64,000 bases of DNA from assembly GCA_951406725.2 (NCBI GenBank), contig OX597823.1, forward strand, positions 3,720,001 through 3,784,000, read 5' to 3'. The stretch is from Octopus vulgaris. Taxonomy: Eukaryota. The translations under genes and the position numbers were made by a program. This document shows positions 27,171 to 39,186 of the stretch, in pieces. Under the pieces are notes generated by a model. It did no database searches. It saw only the letters and a list, made by a program, of their open reading frames with translations, and had not been told where the DNA came from. How positions within the stretch are numbered: position 1 is the stretch's first letter; the number at the start of each line of letters is the position of its first letter.

Positions 27171-27428
27171 AAAATGGTCACAAAGGCAAACTGTAAATGT
27201 CAATCAAAACTGGACAACAACCTTCAGTTACTTTGGGACCTTGTGGTTGTTATAGATATTTAGCTCAAGCCTAGTCTTGATCAAGACATTCCAGCTGAGA
27301 CCATCACATGTTCTGTGCATTTAGGACAACATTATCAAATGTAATTCTATATTTGAGAGATGAAGAATTATGTACATTATTTACGTTATTTACATTTGAT
27401 AGATATTTGTCCTCATCTTGTTTGTTGT

Positions 27429-27468
27429 TAACACAACGTTTCGGCTGATATACCCCCCAGCCTTCATC

Positions 27469-27475
<7 letters not shown>
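27429..27475 (-). ncRNA. Minimal type I hammerhead ribozyme motif (C3 position mutated)
   Basis: AACAC-TTGATGA-A-GGCTG(loop)CAGCC-GAAAC-GTT-GTGTT; palindromic AACGTT stem III. Confidence 0.65.
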
Positions 27476-27512
<37 letters not shown>

Positions 27513-27629
27513 CCACTGCCTGGAATCAAACTTGCAATCTTGAGGTTAGTAGTCCGTGCTCTTAACCACTACACCAATAACATCGAAAAATACCTTAGGA
27601 ATGAGAACCCAGGTTCGAAATTTCCCCAA

Positions 27630-27675
27630 GACACCTGAAGAAGGCTGGAGGGTATATCAGTCGAAATGTTGTGTC
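27630..27675 (+). ncRNA. Minimal type I hammerhead ribozyme motif
   Basis: GACAC-CTGAAGA-A-GGCTG(GAGGGTATAT)CAGTC-GAAAT-GTT-GTGTC: stem I, CUGANGA core, stem II and GAAA are all present. Confidence 0.75.
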
Positions 27676-28714
27676 AAAAACAAACAAGATGAGGACAAAT
27701 ATCCGTCAAATGTAAATAATGTAAATAATTATCGAGTGTGTCTCCTGAATTTAGTGCTTTTCATGATTTAGGGTGTGACTGGAAGGAATTTGGCTGTTAG
27801 TTCTAGCAGGTCAGGTGACACAATAAACGCTCCTCCATCTGTTGTGGCACCATGTTGGTATTGTCTGTAAACGCCAGCTCTTGTGTAAAGTAATTCTATT
27901 ACCTTGCTGAAGATAATGGAAATTCCAGTTTAAACTAAGCATGCTGTGTACTAAGTGAATGTTTCACCTATGTCTTCTTTATCGTCATCATCTTCAGCAT
28001 CCTTCCTCTCATCATCATTATCATCATCGTCATTATCACCACCATCACCATCATCATTGTTGTCATAATCATCATCAGCAGTGACAGTGTTCAGTCAACT
28101 TCACTATAACTGCCGCCACCAACACCGCCGCTACCACCACCGACGCCGACGCCACCGCCACCACCACCACCGCCGACGCCGCTACTATGGTCTTCCCTTC
28201 TAGTTTTCTTTACATGTTACTCATTCAAGAAACTTAAACAACAAATGCAACAACAGCAATGAGAACAACAACAACAAAGCAAATAATAATAATAATAATA
28301 ATAATGATTTTTTTCATTGGCCACAAGGGACCATGGCGTTGGGGACAAGTACAAAAGGTGAAATGCAAAAACAGTGGGAGACAGGAATTTAAATGGAGTA
28401 AAAAGGGGGAGTCAAACAAAGATTGGAAAATCAGAAATAACAAAGAATAACAAAAGAAATAACAACAAAATAGCAACCAAGAAACCTAGAAAAGGGTTAA
28501 GGGTAGAACCTAGCAGTCACATATTATGTACTTAGGTATAAGGTTAGAGATTTTTTTTGTGGGGCAAGGTAAAGTTGAGTAGACACCCCACAGGACTTGA
28601 CTGTTATTTCATCTTATTGAATCCGGCAAGATGAAAGAGTTGCATCTGCACAGAGGGGTTTTGAAATTCAGTATTTAAAGGGATGCAACTAAAATACTTA
28701 GGGTCTAAAGACAA

Positions 28715-28732
28715 ATATACTACTACTACAAA

Positions 28733-28765
<33 letters not shown>

Positions 28766-28780
28766 ATCGACTACTACCAA

Positions 28781-28813
<33 letters not shown>

Positions 28814-28925
28814 AACTACTACTACCAATACTACAACTACTGCTGCTACTACTACTACTACTACTATTAATAATAATAATAACTATAATAATAATAGTCA
28901 TAGTAATAATAATAATAATAATAAA
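28715..28925. repeat. (CTA)n/(TAA)n microsatellite
   Basis: Direct reading of the sequence. Confidence 0.9.
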
Positions 28926-28934
28926 AAACAAATA

Positions 28935-29235
28935 ATGCGATAATGAAGAAAGAAAAGTCGAGAGGTATGACAGTGATAAGGAAGAAAGAAAAGTCAATAG
29001 ATATAACAGGTTAGCTTGGGAAGTTAAGCAGTTGTGGTCGATGAAAAAGGTAGCAGTAGTACCAATAATTGTTGGAGCCCTGGGAACAGTGAGCAAAAAT
29101 CTTGAGAAGTGCATGGAACAAATAGGGGCTGCAATAAGTACTCTTATCAGACGGGTGGTCATGATGGGTATACTGGGTTTCGTATATTTTACTCCAGTGT
29201 CACTTTGATGGCATTCACTGCTCTCTCACTCAATA
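28935..29235 (+). mobile_element. R4/Dong-like 3' fragment (D-type coding end fused to E-type 3' end)
   Basis: RYNRLAWEVKQLWSMKKVAVVPIIVGALGTVSKNLEK matches 17800-17940, then sequence matching 18585-18675; flanked by (TAA)n. Confidence 0.8.
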
Positions 29236-29430
29236 ATAATCCTTTCTACTATAGGCAGAAGGCCTGAAATTTTGGGGGAGGGTGTAAGTTGATCACATCA
29301 ACCCAGTACTTAACTGGTACTTAATTTGTCAACTCCAAAAGGATGAAAGGCATAGTTGACCTCAGCAGAATTTGAACTCAGAACATAGTGGCAGAGGAAA
29401 TACTGCTAAACATTTTGCCCAGCTCACTGC

Positions 29431-29469
<39 letters not shown>

Positions 29470-29479
29470 CATAATAATA

Positions 29480-31890
29480 ATCATCATCATCATCGTTTAG
29501 CGTCCGTTTTCCATGCTAGCATGGGTTGGACGGTTCAACTGGGGTCTGTGAAGCCAGAAGGCTTCATCAAGCCCAGTCAGATCTGGCAGTGTTTCTACGG
29601 CTGGATGCCCTTCCTAACGCCAACCACTCCGTGAGTGTAGTGGGTGTTTTTTACGTGCCACCCGCACAGGTGCCAGACAGAGCTGGCAAACAGCCACGAA
29701 TGGATGGTGCTTTTTATGTGCCACCGGCACGGGGGCCAGGCGAGGCTGGCAACGGACACGAACGGATGGTGCTTTTTACGTGCCACCGGCACGAGGCTAG
29801 TCGGGGCGGCTCTGGCAACGGTCACGAACGGATAGTTCTCTTATATGCCACCGGCACTGGTAACACATCTGCAATTTCCATTGATCAATTTCGATTCTGA
29901 TCCTCACTTGCCTCAACAGGTCTTCACAAGTAGAGTTTTGTGTCCCAAGAAGGGAAGGTATGCATACATAGGCTGGCTCCATCCCATGTAGAAGGCCACA
30001 GGTTATGGACTCACTTGTCCTGCCGGGTCTTCTCGCACACAGCACACTTCCAGAGGTCTCGGTCTCTAGTCATTTCCTCAGTGAGACCTAAAGTTCGAAG
30101 GTCGTGCTTCACCACCTCGTCCCAGGTTTTCCTGGGTCTGCTTCTTCTGCAGGTTCCCTCAACCGCTAGGGTGTGGCACTTTTTCACACAACTATCTTCA
30201 TCCATTCTCGCCACATGACCATACCAGCGCAAACGTCTCTCTTGCACACCACAACTGATGCTTCTTAGGTCCAGCTTTTCTCTCAAGGTACTTACACTCT
30301 GCCGAGTATGAGTACTGACATTACACATCCATCGGAGCATACTGGCTTCATTTCTTGCGAGCTTACGCATATCCTCAGCAGTCACGGCCCATGTTTCACT
30401 GCCATGTAACATGGCTGTTCGTACACACGCATCATACAGTCTGCCTTTCACTCTGTGCGAGAGGCCTTTTGTCACCAGCAGAGGTAAGAGTTCTCTGAAC
30501 TTTGCCCAAGCTATTCTTACTCTAGCAGTTACACTTTCAGCATACCCGCCCCCGCTGCTGACTTGGTCACCTAGGTAACGGAAACTATCAACTATTTCTA
30601 GTTTTTTTCCCTGGAAAGTGACGGAAGTTGGTCTCAGAGCATTTTCAGTGTTTATTGTTCCTGAGCATCTGCCACATACAAAAACCATCTTCCTAGTTAG
30701 CCTTCCTTTAACATTGCTGCACCTCTTATGTGTCCATAGCTTACACTTGGTGCATCTTATAGAGTTTCTACCTACACCTTTTCTACAGATCGAGCAGGGC
30801 CATCTACCTGAAGGCGTTTGTGATTTGTCTACCTTCCTACTGATTACGACTTTGGTTTTAGCTAGATTGATTCTGAGGCCCTTCGATTCTAATCCTTGTT
30901 TCCACACCTGAAACTTCTCCTCCAGTTCTGATAGCGACTCAGCAATTAGAGCAAGGTCATCAGCATAGAGGAGCTCCCAAGGGCATCCTGTCTTGAATTC
31001 CTCCGTTATTGCCTGGAGGACTATGATAAATAGGAGGGGGCTGAGGACTGAGCCTTGATGGACCCCTACCTCTACCCGGAATTCTTCACTGTACTCGTTG
31101 CCAACCCTCACCTTACTAGCAGCGTCCCTATACATTGCCCGCACAGCTCTCACTAACCATTCATCTATCCCTAGTTTCCTCATTGACCACCAGATAAGAG
31201 ATAGGGGGACCCTGTCGAAGGCTTTCTCCATGTCAACAAAAGCCAGGTACAGGGGCTTATCTTTGGCTAGGTATTTCTCCTGCAGTTGCCTTACCAGGAA
31301 TATAGCATCAGTAGTACTTTTCCCTGGCACAAACCCAAACTGCATCTCATCTAAGCTAATTCTCTCTCTAATTAATTGGGCTATAACCCTCTCCGTAACC
31401 TTCATTACCTGATCCAGCAGCTTGATACCCCTGTAGTTATTTGTATCTAGGGCGTCACCTTTACCTTTGTAGCAGTTGACTATTATGCTGCTACACCAGT
31501 CATTGGGTATGACTCCTTCGTGTATCACCTGGTTGACTATACGGGTGACTAGGCTATAGCCGACACTACCAGACATTTTGAGCATCTCTGCAGTGATTCC
31601 TGATGGGCCTGGGGCTTTCCCTGTCTTCATGCTTCTAATTGCCTTAGCTACCACGAAACTATCAACTCGGATAGCTGGTCCCTCTGTTGGGTCAACATTC
31701 GGCAGACTCTCTTTATCCCATTCATTTTCTTTATTCAGCAACCTTTCATAGTGGCATCTCCAAACCTCTCTTTGCATCCTCATTTAGCGCAAGTGAACCA
31801 TCTTCCATGCGAACACACTTCTCTCCTACCACATCACGATTCTCTCTCACACACTGTCTTGCAACGTGAAACACCTCCAGTCTTTGGTCC
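29480..31890 (-). mobile_element. RTE-clade LINE, 5'-truncated (endonuclease domain absent), apparently young
   Basis: Long RT ORF, about 500-bp 3' UTR with hairpin tandem repeats and a (GAT)n tail. Coding sequence continues upstream in a shifted frame (RREDQRLEVFHVARQCVRENRDVVGEKCV) to about 31890. Confidence 0.93.
30011..31783 (-). CDS. RTE reverse transcriptase (partial ORF) with an internal PHD-type zinc finger
   Basis: 590 aa without stops: KAPGPSGI, NYRGIKLL, QFGFVPGKST, FVDMEKAFDRV, GVHQGSVLSPLLF, YADD, FRYLG, RLRWYGHV. C4HC3 pattern at about 30665-30802. The listed start Met probably reflects a frameshift near 31770. Confidence 0.92.
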   Translation of the reverse strand: MRMQREVWRCHYERLLNKENEWDKESLPNVDPTEGPAIRVDSFVVAKAIRSMKTGKAPGPSGITAEMLKMSGSVGYSLVTRIVNQVIHEGVIPNDWCSSIIVNCYKGKGDALDTNNYRGIKLLDQVMKVTERVIAQLIRERISLDEMQFGFVPGKSTTDAIFLVRQLQEKYLAKDKPLYLAFVDMEKAFDRVPLSLIWWSMRKLGIDEWLVRAVRAMYRDAASKVRVGNEYSEEFRVEVGVHQGSVLSPLLFIIVLQAITEEFKTGCPWELLYADDLALIAESLSELEEKFQVWKQGLESKGLRINLAKTKVVISRKVDKSQTPSGRWPCSICRKGVGRNSIRCTKCKLWTHKRCSNVKGRLTRKMVFVCGRCSGTINTENALRPTSVTFQGKKLEIVDSFRYLGDQVSSGGGYAESVTARVRIAWAKFRELLPLLVTKGLSHRVKGRLYDACVRTAMLHGSETWAVTAEDMRKLARNEASMLRWMCNVSTHTRQSVSTLREKLDLRSISCGVQERRLRWYGHVARMDEDSCVKKCHTLAVEGTCRRSRPRKTWDEVVKHDLRTLGLTEEMTRDRDLWKCAVCEKTRQDK

Positions 31891-33394
31891 TCACGGCGCA
31901 TTATTTTATTTGTTTACTTTTCTATTTTTTCTTTTTCCCTTTCTCTGTCTTTCCCTTTTTCACTATCACATGACTCTGTAAATGAACAATATGGTGTGCT
32001 TGTTTTATGGCCTACCAATGTATACAGTACGTTTATCTGTACTAGGTGTCAGGAAGACACTCGGCAAGAAATGGAAGCAGAATTGAAAGAAGATGCTAAT
32101 GATACTAATAATAATAACAATGATGATGATGATGATGATCCTTTCTACAATAGGCACAAGGCCTGAAATTTTGAGGGACAGGACTAGTCAATTACATAAA
32201 TCCCCAGTGCATCACTGGTATTTTGTTTTATTAACCCTGAAAAGATGAAAGACAGAGTTGACTTTGATGGCATTTGAACTCAGAACCTAAATGACCAGAA
32301 TGAAATACTGCATGGTGTTTTGGCCACTACCCTCTTACTGGATTCTTATAATTATAGCCTTTTCTTTACCATTGTCACAAAGGTGACAGAATAGGGGTTT
32401 ATTATAGGGGCAGGTTATAAAAAGTGTGGGGTTTATACAGAAATTGAATGAAATGAAAAAAGATAAGACAGTACAGCTATAATCATCATCATCATCGCAC
32501 AATGATGCATAGGCATTGTTAACATCGTCCCCCCCCCCGGCACCCCCTTCTAATGTTCAACATTAATGTCACCACCACCTCCGCCACTCCTTTCCTCCTC
32601 CTCCTCCTCCTCTTCTCGGCTTCAGCAGAAACTTCATAGTCAAGTGGGTGTCTAGTTTAAAGATTTATGTCTTCTGTTGCTGGCGGGGGTGGGGGGGGTC
32701 ATAGGAGGAGGAGGAGGAGGAGGTGTAGAAGAGGAGAGGTAGCGGCGATGGTGGTGATGGTGATGGTGGTGGTGTAGGTTGTGGAAGGTTCAGGTATTTA
32801 TGAAGTAGACAAGACACAACAGAAGCTTCATTCGTTTGTATTCACTTGATGCAGATGTGTGTGTGTGTATGTATGTATGCGTGTGAGTGTGTGTGGAGGC
32901 ATGTGCCTATGTGTGTGTGTAAAGGTTTGTTTGTGTGTGTGTTCCTTGTCCCTCTTTTAAGCTAAGAACAACATGAAGATTGCGGCGGCGGCGGCGGCGT
33001 GTGTTGTGTCGTCTGCCTGAATGAATGCCAACAGCGAAAAGAAAGAAGTCAGGCATTTTTTCTTCATCTTGATTCGCAATAACAGAGCTAAAACAAACAA
33101 ATAAACAAAGATATATCAAGGAAGAACAACCCAAGTAATGATAATAACAGCAATGACAACACCATCTATCATTACCAACAATAGCATCGAGTACCAAGGA
33201 GGGAATGGTCGGGGATGCTGTAGCCCTAAGTGATTGTGGTGTGAACTGCTAGAAGAAGCAGTCACATCGCATGCTGTCATAAAAGAAGGACACATTTCAT
33301 AAAACCATCCTAAATACTGTAAAATAAAATAAATATCGAGATGATCACGCTAGGAAGAATGTCACTTGAGGTCATCAAAATGTTATCTGTTTCT

Positions 33395-34062
33395 TCTGTT
33401 TCTTTATTACCCACATGGGGCTAAACATGGAGGGGACAAACAAGGACAGACAAACGGATTAAGTCGATTACATCGACCCCAGTGCGTAACTGGTACTTAA
33501 TTTATCGACCTCGGAAGGATGAAAGGCAAAGTCGACCTCGGCGGAATTTGAACTCAGAACGTAACGGCAGACGAAATACTGCTAAGCATTTCGACCGGCG
33601 TGCTAACGGTTCTGCCAGCTCGCCGCCTTCAAAATGTTATCGTTCTACTGAATGTTGATTAATATAAAATATTCTTTTCCACTCTAGGCACAAAGCCTGA
33701 AATTTTGGGGGAGGGGCCAGTTGATTACATCGACCCCAGTACGCAACTGGTACTTAATGTATCAACCTCGAAAGGATGAAAAGCAAAGTCGACCTTGGCA
33801 GAATTTGAACTCAGAACGTAGCGGCAGACGAAATACTTATTTCTTTACTACCTACAAGGGGCTACCTACAGAGAGGACAAACAAGGACAGACAAACGGAT
33901 TAAGTCGACTATATCGACTCCAGTGCATAACTGGTACTTGTTTCATCTACCCCGAAAGGATGAAAGGTAAAGTCAACCTCGGCGGAATTTGAACTCAGAA
34001 CGTAAAGACAAACAAAATACCGCTAAGCATTTCGGCCGGCGTGCTAACGTTTCTGCCAGCTC
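33395..34062 (-). mobile_element. Three tandem SINE family 2 copies
   Basis: Repeated GGATGAAAGGCAAAGTCGACCTCGGCGGAATTTGAACTCAGAACG blocks at about 33520, 33775 and 33960; tRNA-like B box GAGTTCAAATTCC on the minus strand. Confidence 0.88.
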
Positions 34063-34109
34063 TATTAAATTTTGTGTGAAATTCAAGGGTGACAGGGGAG
34101 CGTCTACAC

Positions 34110-34268
34110 CAGTGATTCCCATCCTGTGGTTCGCGGTCCCCTGGTGGTCTGCAAAGGTACTAGGGGTCCGTGAACATGTTAAGCTAACAGACCGTTCAAT
34201 ATTCTGGGGTTCGTGGGAAAACTCATTTAAATAAAGGTCCTTGATAGTGAAAAGGTTGAAAACCACAG
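34110..34268. mobile_element. hAT MITE 1
   Basis: TIRs CAGTGATTCCCATCCT / AGGTTGAAAACCACAG; 8-bp flanks GTCTACAC and GTATACAC. Confidence 0.75.
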
Positions 34269-34276
34269 GTATACAC

Positions 34277-34512
34277 CAATGATTCTCAACCAGGGGTCCA
34301 TATGGCCCTGGGGGGGGGGTCCATATAAGATATTGTTGTTAAAATTTATCTCCAATAAACTGGTTATATTTCCTCAATACGCAAAATAGTAAAACATTTT
34401 TTTTATATACTTCTTAATAATATTTAATCATCAAATGGCTATGAGGGTCCCTCCATTCGAGTAAAATGGGAATTAAAGGGGTCCCTAGGCAAAAAATGGT
34501 TGAGATTCCCTG
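34277..34512. mobile_element. hAT MITE 2
   Basis: TIRs CAATGATTCTCAACCA / TGGTTGAGATTCCCTG; 8-bp flanks GTATACAC and GTCTACAT. Confidence 0.75.
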
Positions 34513-37500
34513 GTCTACATGGTCACATTCGACTTGTTAGAAATAGCAGCCAAATTTCCCTCAGATCATTCTTTTCCTTGCTTCAGTCATTGGATTGCAG
34601 CCATTCTGGGCACCATGCTGAAGAATTCAGTCAAACAAATCAATGCCAGGATTTATTTTAAGTCTGCTACTTCATTCTATTGGTCTCTTTTGCAGAACCA
34701 CTCAGTGGGATGTAAACAAACCAATGCTGGTTGTCAAGCATTGGTGAGACACACACACACACACATTATGGGCTTTTCCACAGTTTTCATCAACCAAATT
34801 CACTCACAAGGCCTTGGTCAGCTGGGAGACTAGGAGAAGACATTTGCCCAAGGTGTTGGACAGTGGAACTGAACCTGAAACCATGTGGGTTGCAAAGCAA
34901 GCTTCTTAAATATCCAGTCTTTTCCCAAGTGCAGGCAAACCACTTTGATCTTAAGTCTGATTGATCAGGGAAGACCTGGAGTTAAACAACAATAAATGGC
35001 AGATTCTCCAAGAGTAGAGGCTTTCTCACCTGTGTAAGAAGATTATTAAAACTAAAGATAAGCATTCACGTGCGCGTGTGTGTGTGTGAAAGAGAGAGAG
35101 AGTCAATCAGTGTTGCTAATTTAGTTAATTGTACCTTCAAAAGGTAAGTCACTATCAACCAACAATAGCATACACATGTTTTATTGTACTGAGTGAATGA
35201 GTGGTATTAAAGTAATTAGTCATATGCTTAAATTAGTCATATACTTAAACTTAACTACCAGATACGGGGGTGACTCTATTCAAAACCAGTGAAATGAACT
35301 CAAATATTTAACTAGTAAAAGTTTATCGAATGTTAACACAAATGGCATCTTTACTGGTGCAGAAATAAAGCATAAAGGTAAATTTAAAAATAAAGACATA
35401 GAAATTATATCATAAATCTGTAGACCTCTAGTGGTTCTGACACTAAACACACTCATCCGTTACATTTCTATGCAGTGATAAACTATTGTTGATCAAATAT
35501 AAAATGTATTTGACGTTCACAGTGAGCAAGCAGAGATTTGTTCTAGTTCTGCACCGAAGCGAAGCTCTGGCTATTTAATAGGTGTTCATTAGATTTACAT
35601 AAAGTCTAAAACTGTGACAATCATGGCCATGTTTTAGCACAGCAGGGATACATTGTTTGTTATTGTCATAATTTGTTTGGTGTTAAAGACAATGGCTTTC
35701 ACAGTCAATAAAGCAACTAACAAAACGGTTTCTTTTATTCAGCAAAATTCCTATACATTCTTTTTTTTTATATATTTCTTTATTTGTTTCAGCTCGAGAG
35801 CTGCTGCCACATTGGGGCACAGCCGCAAAAAGATCATCATTTAATATCTGTCTTCCAAGCTGGTATGGACGACGGATATTTCACTGGATCCAATCAGCTG
35901 GACAACAGTGGCAGGCTATAAACGTCAGTTTCCAATCGATTTTTGAAGCACATTGGGTTCTTATCAGATGCATCAACATCAATTTGACCAATCCTTGTGT
36001 TCGAATTCTGCATCTATCAACTCTGTCTTTTTATTCTTTCAGGGTCAATAGAATAAATAACTGGAAAATGCTGAGATCAATCTAGTTGATTATACTAAGA
36101 GCTTCCAACCCTGGTCTTGCAAGTTTTTCATTTAAATAGCAGTTGACTAACGAATGTTGAAGGTGATATACCCAAAATGGGAGAGTGCAGAGAGAGAAAC
36201 TTCACTGAGGGTGTAATTAATTGATCTGCCATGAGCACCAAATGATGACAACTGGAATGACTAACCTATACAGATAAGAAAAAGGAAATTATATTTAAAA
36301 TCCTGTCTGTATATACTGGCCAACAGCCTTAGCTCAGGCCAGTTGTCCTAGAACTATGTCAGTGACCAAGTCACACATAGTGTGCCGAAAATGTTAACAC
36401 AACCAAATGTTAGATAATTAAGTGAAATTCACTTTCATTCATGTTTTTGAAAGGCTACCTCACTGTAAGCACTTTAGTTGCAACTCATGGCCTCAGATCA
36501 AATCATTTGCCAGACAAGTACAACTCTGAAATGTATATTTTCTCTGCTGGAGTAAAATAATTGTGTCACATACCTTAAGTATAGAGATCTAGTGAGATGA
36601 AGTTACAGAAACTTTAGAAACCACAAGACGGTATTCCCCTCCCCCCCGCCCCCGAAAATATTGTAATTTTGTGCTTATTTTGTAAATCATTCATTTCTTG
36701 GTGTTCAGGATGATGGAGGTCAGAATCTGCAAAATGTTGGATAAAATGGCTCATGTTGTCAGTTGTGTCTCTTTGCATTCTGGAGGTTTGGCTCCTTCTC
36801 ATTGATTGCTTCTCTCTTGATTTCAATAACATAAGTCAGAGCATAAATTGACCGAATGCTTTGTGGTACTTTTTCCAGATCTGCTAGCTTGCTGCTTTTA
36901 GTTGATTCAAAATTTGGCTCATGGCCAGTGACTTTGAAGGGAGCCGTACAATATTTTTATCAACCTCAGAGGGATGAAAGGCAAAGTTGATCTCGGAGGG
37001 ATCGGAACACAGCATAAAGAGCTGGAACAAATACCAAAAGGCATTTTTCCAACATTCTTATAATTCTGTCAGCTTACAGCCTAAAAATGAGTATTCAGTA
37101 ATTGTTTCTGATTAAGGTACAATGCCAACAAATTTTGAGGGGAGGGGGTTAGTCAATACCATCTACTTCAGTACTTGACTGGTACTTTAATCTATCAACC
37201 CAAGAAGGATCAAAGTCACAGCTGACTTCAGTTGAGATTTGAACTCAGAGCATAAAAAGTTGGAATGAATGTGTATTCAAAAATGAAAACATTATTTTAT
37301 GACTCTATATTTTTCTGTAATTTCTACAAAATTAACATTAGGTAATTATTAAATCTATCATTTAACTTTTTCATGGTTTTTCACTTTGAAAATTTTAATT
37401 ATTCTTTGAGTATTTCTCTTTTACTGGTTTCAGTCATTGGACTGCAGCCATACCAGAACACCATCTTAAAGAGTTAATCAGACAAATCGACTCTAGAACT

Positions 37501-37777
37501 TAATTTTATTTTTTAAGTCTGGTACTTATTCTATCAGATTCTTTTGCTAAACTATTTAGTTATGCGGATGTAAACAAAGAAACACAGGTTATCAAATGTT
37601 GGTTGTGGTGGAGGGGTGCAAGCAGACACAAAGAAACATACGCACATACACACACTGGCATATACAACAGGCTTATACACAGTTTCCATTTACCAAATTC
37701 ACTTACAAGAAATTTGCGATATCGTTTTATAAAATCTTTTTTTCATGTGATGTTTCTGTCCCTCTTTTACATTTTAA

Positions 37778-37988
37778 CCCTTTAACATTCAGATTAATCT
37801 GTCAAATGTGACGTTTATCTATTCACATTGCTTTGAATTAATCATGCATTATTTCGTAGCTCGAAGATTTCAATGATGCAATTGTTTATTTTTACAATGA
37901 TATTGTAGGGTAGGTATGAGAGGCTGGATCTGGCCAGTTTGAGCATAAAACTGGTTGAATGTTTGGGGCTAATTGAAATGCTAAAGGG
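37778..37988. mobile_element. piggyBac-like MITE
   Basis: TTAA|CCCTTTAACATT ... AATGCTAAAGGG|TTGA: CCC/GGG termini with a TTAA-like TSD. Confidence 0.75.
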
Positions 37989-38512
37989 TTGAACACAAGT
38001 GCTTTGTCTCAAAGCTTTGACTGGCAGATTTTGCCGGAGAAGACTTCTTTGTTACACTTGTTAAACAAGTCTCCCTTGTCCAGGACCTTAGGGAAAATAT
38101 ACATTTAAATACACCACAATACACTTAATAGTCATATTCCAGCTTAAAGGTATCAGTTTTCCTTTCACATAATTGCTGAGAACGTATTACTGTTCATTGC
38201 TTTTATGACAAACCTAATGGGAGGAGATTTACCTTAAAGGAAACAAGAACCTGGGTTGACCCTATTGTAATACAAAATAATAATAACGATAATGATAAAA
38301 ATGAAAGCAAAACAAGAAAAAGTAAAAACAACAAAAACAATAATACTTAGTTGACTACATTCAATATGAGTGCACTTCCGTTACTAGTACACTTGTTTAA
38401 CCCCTCTCTGGTCAATGAGTAATGTTGGGACATTATGAATACATACATGCTAGACACACTCATACACACATAAGTATATCTATCTGTCTGTCTGTCTCTC
38501 TCTGTCTCTCTC

Positions 38513-38514
<2 letters not shown>

Positions 38515-38552
<38 letters not shown>

Positions 38553-38673
38553 ACTATCTAGTTATCTATCTTACTATCTATCTATCTATCTACCTACCTA
38601 CCTACCTACCTACCTACCTACCTACCTACCTACCTACCTACCTACCTACCTACCTACCTACCTACCTACCTAC

Positions 38674-38709
<36 letters not shown>

Positions 38710-38750
38710 TTATCTATCTATTTCTCTATATATCTATCTATCTATCTATC
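38515..38750. repeat. Compound (CTAT)n/(CCTA)n tetranucleotide microsatellite
   Basis: Direct reading of the sequence. Confidence 0.95.
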
Positions 38751-39186
38751 CATCTGTTGGTGTGTTTATGTCCCTGAAACTTAGCAGTTCAGCAAAAGAG
38801 ACCGATAGAATAAGTACTAGGCTTACAAAGAATAAGTCCTGGGAGCAATTTGTGTAACTAAAGGCAGTGCTCCAGTATGGCCACAGTCAAAATATCTGAA
38901 ACAAGTAAAAGAATAAAGTGTGTGTGTGTGTCTGTGTGTATCCAAACATTTTTGTATTTTCATCTTTTGCTTGCTTCAGTCATTGGATTGTAGCCATGCT
39001 GGGGCATCACCTTGAAGGGTTCCTTGTAGTCAAACAAATCAATTCCACCACTTATTTTATTTCAGCCTGGTACTTATTCTATTAGTGTCTTTTGCTGAAC
39101 TGCTAAGTTACAGGGGGTCATAAACAAACCAACTCCAGATGTCAAGCAGTAGTGGGGGACAAACACAGACACACACAACAAACATA

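Larger units (their letters stand above)
27367..27730. mobile_element. tRNA-headed, hammerhead-tailed SINE-like element in inverted (Penelope-style) arrangement
   Basis: Minus strand: tRNA-like head 27575-27509, then (AAT)n, then hammerhead tail. Plus strand: a second hammerhead tail at 27630-27730, inverted relative to 27367-27475. Confidence 0.75.

Noticed and set aside
27509-27575. Functional tRNA gene (likewise the other A/B-box heads)
   Set aside because: Acceptor stem incomplete and B box degenerate; these are SINE heads.
30618-31981. Plus-strand ORFs overlapping the RTE
   Set aside because: Antisense shadows of the RT ORF.
36614-36832. 72-aa ORF as a coding exon
   Set aside because: No recognisable motif and no convincing splice-site pair.
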